Part shown: one piece after another, positions 25,371 through 34,703 of the stretch
How positions within the stretch are numbered: the first letter of the stretch is position 1
Layout: each line of letters starts with the position of its first letter
From: Bacteroidales bacterium
GTDB lineage: Bacteria; Bacteroidota; Bacteroidia; Bacteroidales; 4572-128
NCBI GenBank assembly: GCA_029938235.1
Contig: JAOZVH010000003.1
Location: 1-40,828, forward strand
DNA: 40,828 bases
Direction: 5' to 3'
The notes under the pieces: generated by a model
Seen by the model: the letters and a program-made list of their open reading frames with translations, nothing else
The model's database searches: none
What the model was told of the DNA's origin: nothing
Position numbers and translations under genes: made by a program

Positions 25371-27917
25371 ATGAAAAAATTCGAAAAATATTTGAGTGTA
25401 AAAAATATATTAATTGTTATTTTTTTAACAATTAAAGTTCTTTTTTTATGTTTAATTTTACTAATATATTTATTTTCTAGGGAAAAAAATTATTTTGAAA
25501 TTTTGTCTAAAAAAATAGAGATTTATGAAAAAAATGTAATTTTATTAGAAGTAAATGAAAAGAAATTTTCTTTTTTTGAAAAAAAAAGTTCCTTTTTTTT
25601 CAAAAAAGGAGAAAGTGAATATATTAAAAATTTTGAAAATATTTTTTTAGAGATAAAAATTTTAGGAGAAAATATAGAAATAAATTTATTATCAAAAAAA
25701 GAAAAAGAATTATTTAATAATATAAAAAAAGATCTTTTTGATTACAAAAAACAGTTTGAACAATTAACAATAGAAATTAAAGAAAGAGGTTTTAAGGATT
25801 TTGGAATAATATCTTCTGTAGAAAAATACAGAACAAAAACTTTTGAAAAAATAATAAAATCAGATGTAAACCAAAAAATAAAAAATTTAGTTAATGATTT
25901 AGAAATTTTAGAAAGAGATTATTTTTTAAATAAAAAGATTATTTATAAAGAAAAAATAATTAATAAAATTAATCTTTTATCAAAAACAATATCTATGCTT
26001 TCTGATTCTATAGAAAATAAAATTAGCCCAATAGAATCTCTTATTTTAACTGACGGTTTAGAAAATTATAGGATTTCATTTAATTCTTTGATTGAAAAAG
26101 ATAAAAAAATAGGTTTTATTGCCGGAGATGATAATTTATTAAAAAATATTGATTTTACAAGAAAAAAAATTTTTGAAAATATTAATGATTTTTTAGAAAA
26201 AATAGAGATAAAAAAAAATAATGTATCTCAATCTTTTCTATTTAAATCAATTTTAACAATAATTATCTTTATAATTATATCTGTTTTTCTTTATATAAAA
26301 GTATATTTTTCTTCCACAACTTTTATAGAAGATATAAGTAAAAAAATTTCTTTTCTTGAAAAAGGTAATTTAATTGAAAAAATTAAACACGTGAAAGAAA
26401 AAGATTTAAATAATTTATTTAATTCTTTTAATGGATTAAATTCTAATTTAAAAAGTGTAAAAATTTTTGTTGAAGAAATAGGAAAAGGAAATCTCGAGGC
26501 TAAGGTTAATATTTTTGATAATAAAGGAGATATTGGTTCTGCTTTAATAAAGATGAGAAATGAATTAAAAATTCTATCTGACGAAAGAAAGAAACAAAAA
26601 AACGATGAAAATTTAAGGAATTGGATAACCGAAGGAATATCAAAATTTAATGATATTTTAAGAAAAACAAATAATTTAGAAAAACTTGGAAACGAAATAA
26701 TTAGAAATTTAGTTTTTTATCTAGAAGCAAATCAAGGGGGAATTCTTATTCATAATAAAATAAATGAAAATGAAGAATTTTTAGAACTGATAGCATCTTA
26801 TGCTTACGATAGAAAGAAATTCATAAAAAAAAAGATACTTATTGGTGAGGGGCTTGTTGGAACTTGTGCATTGGAAAAAAAGACTGTTTATATGAAAAAT
26901 ATTCCGGAAAATTATATAGAAATTACTTCCTCTCTTGGTTCTTCAAGTCCAAAAAATTTATTGATTGTACCTTTGAAATTAGAAAATGAAGTTTTAGGAA
27001 TTGTAGAAATTGCATCTTTTAAAAATTTTGAAAATTTTCAAATTTCTTTTTTAGAAAAAGTTTCGGAAAATATCGCTTCAACTTTAAAATCATTAAAAGT
27101 AAATACACAAACTAAAGAATTATTGAGACAAGCACAAATGCAAACAGAAGAACTCGCTTCAAAAGAGGAAGAAATGAGACAAAATATGGAAGAATTAAAA
27201 GCTACACAAGAAGAAGCATCCAGAAAAGAAGTTATTTCTGATGAATTTGTAAACGCAGTAAATATTACAACTATGCACGCTAATATTGATTTAAATGGAA
27301 AATTTAAAAATGCAAATGAAAAATTTTTAAAGAAAATTGGAGAAAATTTAGATGATATAAAATCAAATTATTTTAATGAAATATTAATAAATTCTGAAAT
27401 AAAAAAACTTTTTAGTAAAAAATGGGATAAAATGTTAAAAAATTTAAGATATTTTAGTGAAGAATTTTTATTAAAAACAAAAATAAATGATATTTGGATT
27501 CATGGAACATTTATTCCAGTTTTGAATGAAGAAAATAAAATTAATAAAATAATTTTTCTTGCTTATGATATTAGTGAAAGAAAAAATAAAGAAATGAAAG
27601 TTTTGAAAATTACAGAAAAAATAAAAGAAAATGAAAAAATATTAAAAGACAATTTAAAAATATCAAAAGAAAATGAAGAAATAATGAAAAAGCAAGAGGA
27701 AGAAATGAAACAAAATTTAGAAGAAATGAAAATTACTCAGGAAAATTTATTAGAAAAACAAAATGAAACAGATAAATTGAATAAAAGAATGAAAAAAAGA
27801 GAAGAAGTTTTGAAAAAAGCTTTTGAAAATAATAGGAAGGAAAAAAATAAATTTTTTGAAAAAATTAAAAGTAAAGATAAAGAAATAGAAGAATTAAAAA
27901 AAGAATTAAAAAAATAA
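25371..27917 (+). CDS. membrane sensor protein: 2 TM, HAMP, GAF, QxEEL coiled coil, PAS-like, long coiled coil; no recognisable output domain
   Basis: GAF core LIGEGLVGTCALEKKTVYM...LLIVPLKLENEVLGIVEIASF and coiled coil ELLRQAQMQTEELASKEEEMRQNMEELKATQEE. Confidence 0.75.
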   Translation: MKKFEKYLSVKNILIVIFLTIKVLFLCLILLIYLFSREKNYFEILSKKIEIYEKNVILLEVNEKKFSFFEKKSSFFFKKGESEYIKNFENIFLEIKILGENIEINLLSKKEKELFNNIKKDLFDYKKQFEQLTIEIKERGFKDFGIISSVEKYRTKTFEKIIKSDVNQKIKNLVNDLEILERDYFLNKKIIYKEKIINKINLLSKTISMLSDSIENKISPIESLILTDGLENYRISFNSLIEKDKKIGFIAGDDNLLKNIDFTRKKIFENINDFLEKIEIKKNNVSQSFLFKSILTIIIFIIISVFLYIKVYFSSTTFIEDISKKISFLEKGNLIEKIKHVKEKDLNNLFNSFNGLNSNLKSVKIFVEEIGKGNLEAKVNIFDNKGDIGSALIKMRNELKILSDERKKQKNDENLRNWITEGISKFNDILRKTNNLEKLGNEIIRNLVFYLEANQGGILIHNKINENEEFLELIASYAYDRKKFIKKKILIGEGLVGTCALEKKTVYMKNIPENYIEITSSLGSSSPKNLLIVPLKLENEVLGIVEIASFKNFENFQISFLEKVSENIASTLKSLKVNTQTKELLRQAQMQTEELASKEEEMRQNMEELKATQEEASRKEVISDEFVNAVNITTMHANIDLNGKFKNANEKFLKKIGENLDDIKSNYFNEILINSEIKKLFSKKWDKMLKNLRYFSEEFLLKTKINDIWIHGTFIPVLNEENKINKIIFLAYDISERKNKEMKVLKITEKIKENEKILKDNLKISKENEEIMKKQEEEMKQNLEEMKITQENLLEKQNETDKLNKRMKKREEVLKKAFENNRKEKNKFFEKIKSKDKEIEELKKELKK

Positions 27918-27993
27918 AATTTTTTTAATTCTTAAAAAAAAAATATAAAACAATAATTTAATTTTTTTTATTAAAAAATTACATAAAACGATA

Positions 27994-28407
27994 TTATTGT
28001 TTTGTAAATACTTCTTCTCCGCTTGAACTTTTTCTTTTAAATTTATTATCAACAACTTCAAAAGTATAAGTTTTAGAGCTTGAAGTATTAATATTAACTC
28101 CATCAACAGTGGTTTTTTCAATATTAAATGTAATTTGATCGCCGCTAATACTTAAAGTACCAGAAAAAACAGAAGTGCTGGATTCATTAATTCCAAGAAC
28201 ACTTATGTTTGTTTTAATTGTTTCTGTGAAACTTGAAGTTTTTAAAACCAAAGTATTGCTTAGACTAGTACCAGATATGCTTTGAGAATATTTCCAAGTG
28301 CCAACATAAGATGGATTATTATTATCATTATCATCATCTTTGTTACAAGAAGTAAATAAAAATATTTGAAAAATAAAAAAACTAAGTAAAATGTAAATTT
28401 TTTTCAT
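27994..28407 (-). CDS. small lipoprotein, lipocalin-like
   Basis: Lipobox ...LFTSC followed by D/N-rich linker and YVGTWKY (typical lipocalin-like opening). Confidence 0.55.
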   Translation of the reverse strand: MKKIYILLSFFIFQIFLFTSCNKDDDNDNNNPSYVGTWKYSQSISGTSLSNTLVLKTSSFTETIKTNISVLGINESSTSVFSGTLSISGDQITFNIEKTTVDGVNINTSSSKTYTFEVVDNKFKRKSSSGEEVFTKQ

Positions 28408-28439
28408 TAAATTTTTTTTAAAATTTTAAAATTATTTTG

Positions 28440-28447
28440 CAAAAATA
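28440..28447 (-). promoter_or_regulatory. candidate -7 box (TATTTTTG on minus strand), 32 nt upstream of the lipoprotein gene
   Basis: CAAAAATA on the plus strand. Confidence 0.3.
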
Positions 28448-28461
28448 ATTATTCTTATTTA

Positions 28462-29781
28462 TTATTCAAATAATTTTATTATATCATTTCCATTTGCAAA
28501 AACTACTAAACTTAGTAAAATAATCATTCCGGTTACTTGTGCATATTCCATAAACTTGTCGCTTGGTTTTCTTCTTGCAATAATTTCATAGAGTAAAAAT
28601 AAAACGTGTCCACCATCTAAGGCAGGAATTGGCAAAATATTTACAACACCAAGCATAATAGAAAGCAAAGCTGTCATTGACCAAAAAATTCTCCAGTCCC
28701 AAGTATCTGGAAAAATATTTCCAATTGCAATAAAACCTCCAACAGATTTATAAGCCTCTGTTTCCGGAGAAAAAATTAACTTAAATTGTTTTAAATAGCT
28801 TCCAACTTCTTCATAACCTCTGGAAAAACCTGCAGGTACAGATTCAAAAAAACTATACTCAACAGTTTTTAAATCAAATAATTCTTCTTTATTTTGCAAA
28901 TAATAAACACCTATTAAACCTTCTTCAGAAATTTTTGTTTTAACTTTCAAAGTATCACCATTTCGAATAAAAACTAAGTCCACAACTTGATTTTTTAATT
29001 CTTTCAAAACTGGAGGGAAATCAGCAAATAAATTTAATTTTTTTTCATTTATTCCAATTATTTTATCTCCAATTTTTAAACCGCTTTCTTTGCCATGAGA
29101 ATTTTCTGAAAAACCAGCAACAATAAAAGGAAAACCAAGAGAAATAAAAGATTGTCTTTTTATAATATTTGCTATTAAATCTTTTGGAATGTCAATATTT
29201 TTTATTTTTCCATCTCTTTCTATCTGTATAGTTTTTGGTTGATTTAATAAAATATGTGGGATAATTTTTCTAAAATTATCTACTTTTTTATCATCGAAAG
29301 ATAAAATTTTATCTCCGTTTTTCAAATTCATTTCGAATGCTATAGAATCGCAAACTATACCATATTTTGCATTTTCTAATGGTAAATATTTTTCTCCCCA
29401 AGCAAATAAAATACTAATGTAAATGGCAATTGCAAGTAAAAAATTAAATAAAACTCCTCCTATCATAATTAAAAGTCTTTGCCAAGATGGTTTTGCCCTA
29501 AATTCCCAACTTTTTGGAGGTTTTTTCATTTGTTCCTTATCCATAGACTCATCTATCATTCCTGCTATTTTAACATAACCTCCCAATGGAACCCAACCAA
29601 CTCCATATTCAGTTTCACCTTTTTTGTATTTGAAAATGGAAAACCAAGGGTCAAAAAAAAGATAAAATTTTTCTACTTTTGTTTTAAAAAGTTTTGCAAA
29701 AAGGAAATGTCCAAACTCGTGTACAACAACTAGGATAGACAAACTTAAAAGTAATTGTGTAATTTTTATTAAAATATCCAT
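28462..29781 (-). CDS. rseP: RIP zinc metalloprotease RseP (site-2 protease)
   Basis: HEFGH at the N-terminus, PDZ region, C-terminal NILPIPALDGGHV. Confidence 0.92.
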   Translation of the reverse strand: MDILIKITQLLLSLSILVVVHEFGHFLFAKLFKTKVEKFYLFFDPWFSIFKYKKGETEYGVGWVPLGGYVKIAGMIDESMDKEQMKKPPKSWEFRAKPSWQRLLIMIGGVLFNFLLAIAIYISILFAWGEKYLPLENAKYGIVCDSIAFEMNLKNGDKILSFDDKKVDNFRKIIPHILLNQPKTIQIERDGKIKNIDIPKDLIANIIKRQSFISLGFPFIVAGFSENSHGKESGLKIGDKIIGINEKKLNLFADFPPVLKELKNQVVDLVFIRNGDTLKVKTKISEEGLIGVYYLQNKEELFDLKTVEYSFFESVPAGFSRGYEEVGSYLKQFKLIFSPETEAYKSVGGFIAIGNIFPDTWDWRIFWSMTALLSIMLGVVNILPIPALDGGHVLFLLYEIIARRKPSDKFMEYAQVTGMIILLSLVVFANGNDIIKLFE

Positions 29782-29803
29782 ATTTATTTAAATAAATTTT
29801 TTG

Positions 29804-29811
29804 CAAAAATA
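29804..29811 (-). promoter_or_regulatory. candidate -7 box (TATTTTTG on minus strand), 22 nt upstream of rseP
   Basis: CAAAAATA on the plus strand. Confidence 0.3.
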
Positions 29812-29840
29812 AAAATTATTAATTATTAATTATTAATTAA

Positions 29841-29868
29841 TGATAGAATTTTTTTTTCATTCCTCATT
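29841..29868. terminator. degenerate GAATGAG-family hairpin just downstream of dapF
   Basis: TAATGATAGAAT / TTTTTTT / TCATTCCTCATTA. Only the outer 6 bp pair perfectly. The TCATTCCTCATT motif is shared with 13125-13151 and 18873-18884. Confidence 0.3.
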
Positions 29869-29882
29869 AGAAATCATTCACA

Positions 29883-30650
29883 TTAAAAAATAGTTCCTTC
29901 GAATACGAAATTTGCTTTTCCTTGTAAAAAAATATTTTTAAAAATATTGTCATTTTTTTCAAAAAAAACTTTTAAAATTCCTCCTTTTGTGAAAATTTCA
30001 AAATTTGTTTTTTTAGGATTATTTTCTAAATAATTAGCAATGGCAGAAGCAACAACACCAGTTCCACAAGATAAAGTTTCGTCTTCTACACCTCTTTCGT
30101 AGGTTCTAACAAAAATTTTATTTTCTTTTTTTTCTATGAAATTTACATTGGTTCCTTTTTTTTTAAACATATCATTATAACGAATTTTTTTTGCTTCATA
30201 AAGTAAATTAATATTTTCTAAGTTTTCTACAAAAGAACAAAAATGAGGTGAACCTGTATTTAAAAAATAAGAATTTCCAATTTTGTCTATTTTTTCTAAA
30301 TTATTCATCTGTAATTTTACAAAATTTTCTCCATAAATTTCTGCATTATGTGAACCGTCAAAAGCAGAAAATTTTGTTTTATTATTTATAATTTTTAATT
30401 TCTTCGCAAAAGCAACTATGCAACGACCACCATTTCCACACATACTTGCAATTTTTCCATCAGAATTAAAGTATTTCATTTGAAAATCAAATTTTTTGTG
30501 ATTTTCCAATAAAATTAATCCATCTGCACCTATTCCAAATTTTCTATCACAAAGAAATTTTATTTGTTCTTCATTTTTTGAAAAAAAATTTTTTCTATTA
30601 TCAATCATAATAAAATCATTTCCTGTACCTTCGTATTTATAAAATTTCAT
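29883..30650 (-). CDS. dapF: diaminopimelate epimerase
   Basis: GTGNDFIMIDN, MCGNGGRC and SCGTGVVAS (two catalytic Cys motifs). Confidence 0.92.
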   Translation of the reverse strand: MKFYKYEGTGNDFIMIDNRKNFFSKNEEQIKFLCDRKFGIGADGLILLENHKKFDFQMKYFNSDGKIASMCGNGGRCIVAFAKKLKIINNKTKFSAFDGSHNAEIYGENFVKLQMNNLEKIDKIGNSYFLNTGSPHFCSFVENLENINLLYEAKKIRYNDMFKKKGTNVNFIEKKENKIFVRTYERGVEDETLSCGTGVVASAIANYLENNPKKTNFEIFTKGGILKVFFEKNDNIFKNIFLQGKANFVFEGTIF

Positions 30651-30654
30651 ATAA

Positions 30655-30741
30655 GAACTTTTTCAAAAAAAAATAAAAAAAATTTTTTCATAATTTGACC
30701 AAAATTTTAACATTTTTTAATATCAAAATTAAAAAAAAATT
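30655..30741 (+). repeat. 1-2 units of the intergenic repeat, left of MITE-like copy B
   Basis: TTTTTCATAATTTGACCAAAATTTTAACATTTTTTAAT. Confidence 0.6.
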
Positions 30742-30970
30742 GGCTCTTAGAACCTTTTTGTGGAAAGGAATTTTTTTCATAATAAAATTGTAAAAAATTT
30801 GTGTTTTTTTCAAAATATTTTCTAAAAATTTTTATTTCAAACCGTCATTAAAACATTAAAAATCAATGCATTATAGTAGGATGCAACGAAATCATCGTGG
30901 ACGATGAATCATTTTATTTTTATTTTTTAATGAAAAAAAATTTATATTTCACAAAAAGGTTCCAAGAACC
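30742..30970 (+). mobile_element. 229-bp non-autonomous MITE-like element, copy B (TIRs GGCTCTTAGAACCTTTTTGTGG / GGTTCTTGGAACCTTTTTGTGA, 7-bp AAAAATT target duplication); internal hairpin + T-tract at 30892-30930
   Basis: Aligned by hand to the reverse complement of 14567-14795. It has the same length and long identical blocks, including the last 38 nt. Confidence 0.7.
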
Positions 30971-31290
30971 AAAAATTTTTTCAAAATTTGCCTCAAATTT
31001 TACGATTTTTTATTTTGAAATTAAAAAAAAATTTTTCAAAATTCGTCCAAAAATTTTAAGATTTTTTAATTTCAAATTAAAAAAAAATTTTTCAAAATTC
31101 GTCCAAAAATTTTTACTATTATTTAATTAAAAAAAATTTTTTTCAAAATTCGTCCAAAATTTTAAGATTTTTTAATATCAAAATAAAAAAATTTTTTTCA
31201 AAATTCGTCCAAAATTTTTAAGATTTTTTAATTTCAAAATAAAAAAAAATTTTTCAAAATTCGTCCAAAATTTTAACATTTTTAAAAAAA
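30971..31290 (+). repeat. tandem array of 6 units of the intergenic repeat (local subvariant CAAAATTCGTCCAAAA(A)TTTTAAGATTTTTTAAT)
   Basis: TCGTCC cores at 31043, 31099, 31150, 31205 and 31261 (spacing 51-56 bp), plus a degenerate first unit. Confidence 0.9.
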
Positions 31291-31298
31291 AATATTAA

Positions 31299-33638
31299 TT
31301 AATTTGCAATAATTTTTTTACTTTCCAATTTTTTGCCTTCGACAATAATATTTACAATATAAATTCCTTTTTTTTCTGCTTTCCAAGAAATTCTATTTTT
31401 AAAATTTTTGCAATCTTTTTCAAAGATAATTTTTCCTAATGTATCACAAATAGAAATTTTAAATTCTTTTATTTTTTTCACTTCAAAATTAAACTTATCT
31501 TTTGATGGATTTGGAAAAATTTTTAAAATAGAAGTTTTATTTTTTATTTTTTCTATATAAGTTTCATTATCCCACATTGCAAAAGTATATTGTCCTTTTC
31601 TTAAATTGTCAGTAATTAAATATCCTGTATTTTCACCTCCTGTTTTTGTGAAATCTATTAATTGCCAATCTTCATTTGTATTTTCTCTGTAAAGTAAAAC
31701 CAAAGAATCAGCAGAATTATACATCCAATTATTATCCAAATGAGCTAAATCTCCGGAAGTTTTTTTACTAAAAAAAAATTTTCCTGCAGATATAAAATTT
31801 TCATTAAAAATTCCTTTAATTTCCCAATATCTAAAATTAGAAATTATTAAATTAGGAATTTCTATTTTAAAATCGTCCGGAGCAACCCAATTATGTTCTA
31901 CTCTTAGCATAACAGAATCAGAAATTTCCGAAACATTTGCAATGAAATAATTTCCATAAAAATTCAAATTTGAATTTGTTGATTTTAAAATTTTATATTC
32001 GTCAGTTGTTGCGTCGCAAATTTTTTCGTTTAAATCGACAATAACAGTATTTGGTTCAAAATCTAAATTAAAAGTTTGACTTCCATACTCGCCGGAAAAT
32101 TCAATAACTTCTGTTTTTGTATTCCATAAATCATCGAAAAAACTCAATTCAATTTTATTAGAATTTGCAAATTCCTCTTTGCCTCTCAACTTTTGACGCA
32201 TAAAAACTTCCACTTCAAAACTATTTCCTATGTTTGTTGTGTGGAATGAATCCATAGAAAAATGAGAATAACCACCTTGAAAAACCCAAGAATTAAAAAA
32301 ATCTGTTAAATCAACATTAGTAAAATTACTCATCGAATTTTTTAAATCGTCGCTGGAAGCAGAACTAAAAGAAAATTCGTTAATATAATTTTCTACACCA
32401 TTAAAAAATAAAGAATCTCCAAGATAGCCTCTTAAACTGTGAACAACAGTCGAACCTTTATTATAAACTGTTGTGCTGTATGTATATTCGTGTGGTACAC
32501 CACTTACAGCACGAAAACCATTATCAGTAATATGTGCTGCTCTTAAAACTTCTTTATGATTTTTCCTGACATATTTTTTAAATTCATAATTTCCATAAAT
32601 AAATTCTTTGAAAATCGCTTCACAATAACTCGCCCATCCTTCATTTAGCCACATATCTTCAGGTGTTTTACAAGTAACAAGATTTCCAAACCAATGATGA
32701 GATAATTCGTGAGCCATAAGAGTTTCATTAGAAAGACCATTCATTGCTGCTCTTGGATAAGCGATATTTGTGGCATGTTCCATCGCACCAGAATTGAAAG
32801 GAACTGCAACATAACCAACTCTTTCCCAAACATAAGGACCAAAACAATTTTCATAGGTATCCAGAGTTGGATTTAAATTTACAAAAGAATTAACAGCACT
32901 CATACTGTCCTGCTGTTTTACATAAATATAAGTTGGAATTTCGCCATTCATTCCATTGAAAATTCCATCAACACTAATGTACGGAGCAACAGCAACAGAA
33001 GATAAATAAGTAGGAATTTCATCTCGTAAATTCCAATGATATGTAATATTTCCGTTTTCGTTATTTAATGTTTCCATTAAAGTTCCACAACAAACCGCTT
33101 TATTTTCTTCAGAAGTTGTAATATAAAAATCATAAGTTGCTTTATCAATAAAATCATCTACACAAGGATACCAAATTCTTCCGTAAGAATGTGGATTATA
33201 CTGCATCCCAACTCCCATATTAAAAGCATAACCATTTTGAAAATAAAAACCTCCCCAAGTTGATGGGTCCTGCTGAGGATGACCATTATAAAAAACATTT
33301 ACATTAACAGTGTCATTTACAGATAATTGCTCCGTCAGAATATTTAAAATTGTGTCATTGTAAATATAATTTACAATTAATTCGTCATTTATTTTTACAG
33401 AATCAACATTTAGATTTTGTAAATCTAAATTAATTTCGTTGATATTTTGTTTTGGAACTATACGCAAAATAGTATTTCCAGAAATTATTTCGGAGGAAAT
33501 ATCCGTAATATTTAAGTGAATTGTATAATGCAAAACATCTATAAAATCACTGTGAAGCAATGTATTTTTATTGTTCTGAGAAAAACAATAATTTGAAAAA
33601 TAAAAAATAAAAAATACAAGAATTGTTTTTAAATACAT
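31299..33638 (-). CDS. M1-family zinc metallopeptidase with a T9SS type-A C-terminal sorting domain
   Basis: GAMEH, HELSHHWFGNLVT and WLNEGWASY. C-terminus IFPNPSKDKFNFEV...GIYIVNIIVEGKKLESKKI. Confidence 0.9.
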   Translation of the reverse strand: MYLKTILVFFIFYFSNYCFSQNNKNTLLHSDFIDVLHYTIHLNITDISSEIISGNTILRIVPKQNINEINLDLQNLNVDSVKINDELIVNYIYNDTILNILTEQLSVNDTVNVNVFYNGHPQQDPSTWGGFYFQNGYAFNMGVGMQYNPHSYGRIWYPCVDDFIDKATYDFYITTSEENKAVCCGTLMETLNNENGNITYHWNLRDEIPTYLSSVAVAPYISVDGIFNGMNGEIPTYIYVKQQDSMSAVNSFVNLNPTLDTYENCFGPYVWERVGYVAVPFNSGAMEHATNIAYPRAAMNGLSNETLMAHELSHHWFGNLVTCKTPEDMWLNEGWASYCEAIFKEFIYGNYEFKKYVRKNHKEVLRAAHITDNGFRAVSGVPHEYTYSTTVYNKGSTVVHSLRGYLGDSLFFNGVENYINEFSFSSASSDDLKNSMSNFTNVDLTDFFNSWVFQGGYSHFSMDSFHTTNIGNSFEVEVFMRQKLRGKEEFANSNKIELSFFDDLWNTKTEVIEFSGEYGSQTFNLDFEPNTVIVDLNEKICDATTDEYKILKSTNSNLNFYGNYFIANVSEISDSVMLRVEHNWVAPDDFKIEIPNLIISNFRYWEIKGIFNENFISAGKFFFSKKTSGDLAHLDNNWMYNSADSLVLLYRENTNEDWQLIDFTKTGGENTGYLITDNLRKGQYTFAMWDNETYIEKIKNKTSILKIFPNPSKDKFNFEVKKIKEFKISICDTLGKIIFEKDCKNFKNRISWKAEKKGIYIVNIIVEGKKLESKKIIAN

Positions 33639-33672
33639 AATTATAAATTATAAAAAAATGTAATTTATGAAA

Positions 33673-33918
33673 AAAAAACATTAAAATTTTTAATGTTTTT
33701 TAATTTAAAATAAAAAAAAATTTTTTTTTATAAAAAATGCCAATTTTTTATGGTTTTTTATAAAAAAAAATTTTTTTTCAGAAAAAAGCCAAATTTTAAT
33801 GACTTCTTATAATTAAAAATTTTTTTTTAATTATAAGAAATCTTAAAATTTTGGACGATTTTTGAAAAAAATTTTTTAATTTAAAATAAAAAAACATTGA
33901 AATTTTTAATGTTTTTTT
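33673..33918. repeat. mixed-orientation degenerate units of the intergenic repeat, bracketed by two AT palindromes (33673-33701 and 33888-33918)
   Basis: AAAAAACATTAAAATTTTTAATGTTTTTT (perfect), a second copy with one mismatch, and a reverse unit TTTTGGACGATTTTTGAAAAAAA at about 33849-33871. Confidence 0.65.
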
Positions 33919-33950
33919 TAAATATTTTTTTTTTAATAATTTAAGAAATA

Positions 33951-34688
33951 CTAAAATTTTGTTCTTTGTTTTAAAATTTCGTAAACAATTACTCCGGTTG
34001 CTACAGAAACATTCAAAGATTTTATCTTTCCTTTTACAGGAATTTTCACTTTTTCATCGCAAATTTTTAAAATTCCTCTTTCTACTCCTTTATCTTCTGA
34101 ACCCATAATAATTGCCGTAGGAATTTTAAAATCTAATTCATAATAAATTTTATCTGCTTTTTCTGTCGTTGCAACTATAGACAAACCGTTCTGTTTCAAA
34201 TAATAGATAGCATCTTTTAAATGTCCAACTCTACAAATTGGCATATCAAGTAATGCTCCGGAAGAAGTTTTTATCGCATCAGAATTTATCTGAGCGGAAT
34301 TTTTATCCGGAACAATAATTAAATCTACTCCGGCACATTCGGCGCTTCTTGTGATTGCTCCAAAATTTCTAACGTCAGTAATTTTATCTAAAATTAAAAC
34401 TACAGGATTTTTTCCTTCTGCAAGAATTAGAGGTATAATTTCTTCTAATTTTTCATAATCTATTGGCGACATTATCGCAATAACTCCCTGATGATTTTCC
34501 TGTGTTATTCTATTTAATTTTTCTATTGGAACAAATTGAAAAGGAGTATTTACTTCTTTTAAAGTTTTTTTTAATTTAAAAAATAAATCTCCACGTAAAT
34601 TGTGTTTTATGAAAATTTTTTCAATTTCTTTTCCGTCTTTTATTGCTTCCATTATTGAATGGAAACCAAAAATATAATTTTTTTTCAT
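33951..34688 (-). CDS. rlmB: 23S rRNA (guanosine-2'-O)-methyltransferase RlmB (SpoU/TrmH family)
   Basis: N-terminal substrate-binding domain (GFHSIMEAI), and SpoU motifs NFGAITRSAE, IIMGSEDKGV and LNVSVATGV. Confidence 0.88.
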   Translation of the reverse strand: MKKNYIFGFHSIMEAIKDGKEIEKIFIKHNLRGDLFFKLKKTLKEVNTPFQFVPIEKLNRITQENHQGVIAIMSPIDYEKLEEIIPLILAEGKNPVVLILDKITDVRNFGAITRSAECAGVDLIIVPDKNSAQINSDAIKTSSGALLDMPICRVGHLKDAIYYLKQNGLSIVATTEKADKIYYELDFKIPTAIIMGSEDKGVERGILKICDEKVKIPVKGKIKSLNVSVATGVIVYEILKQRTKF

Positions 34689-34703
34689 TTTTTTTTTATA
34701 AAA

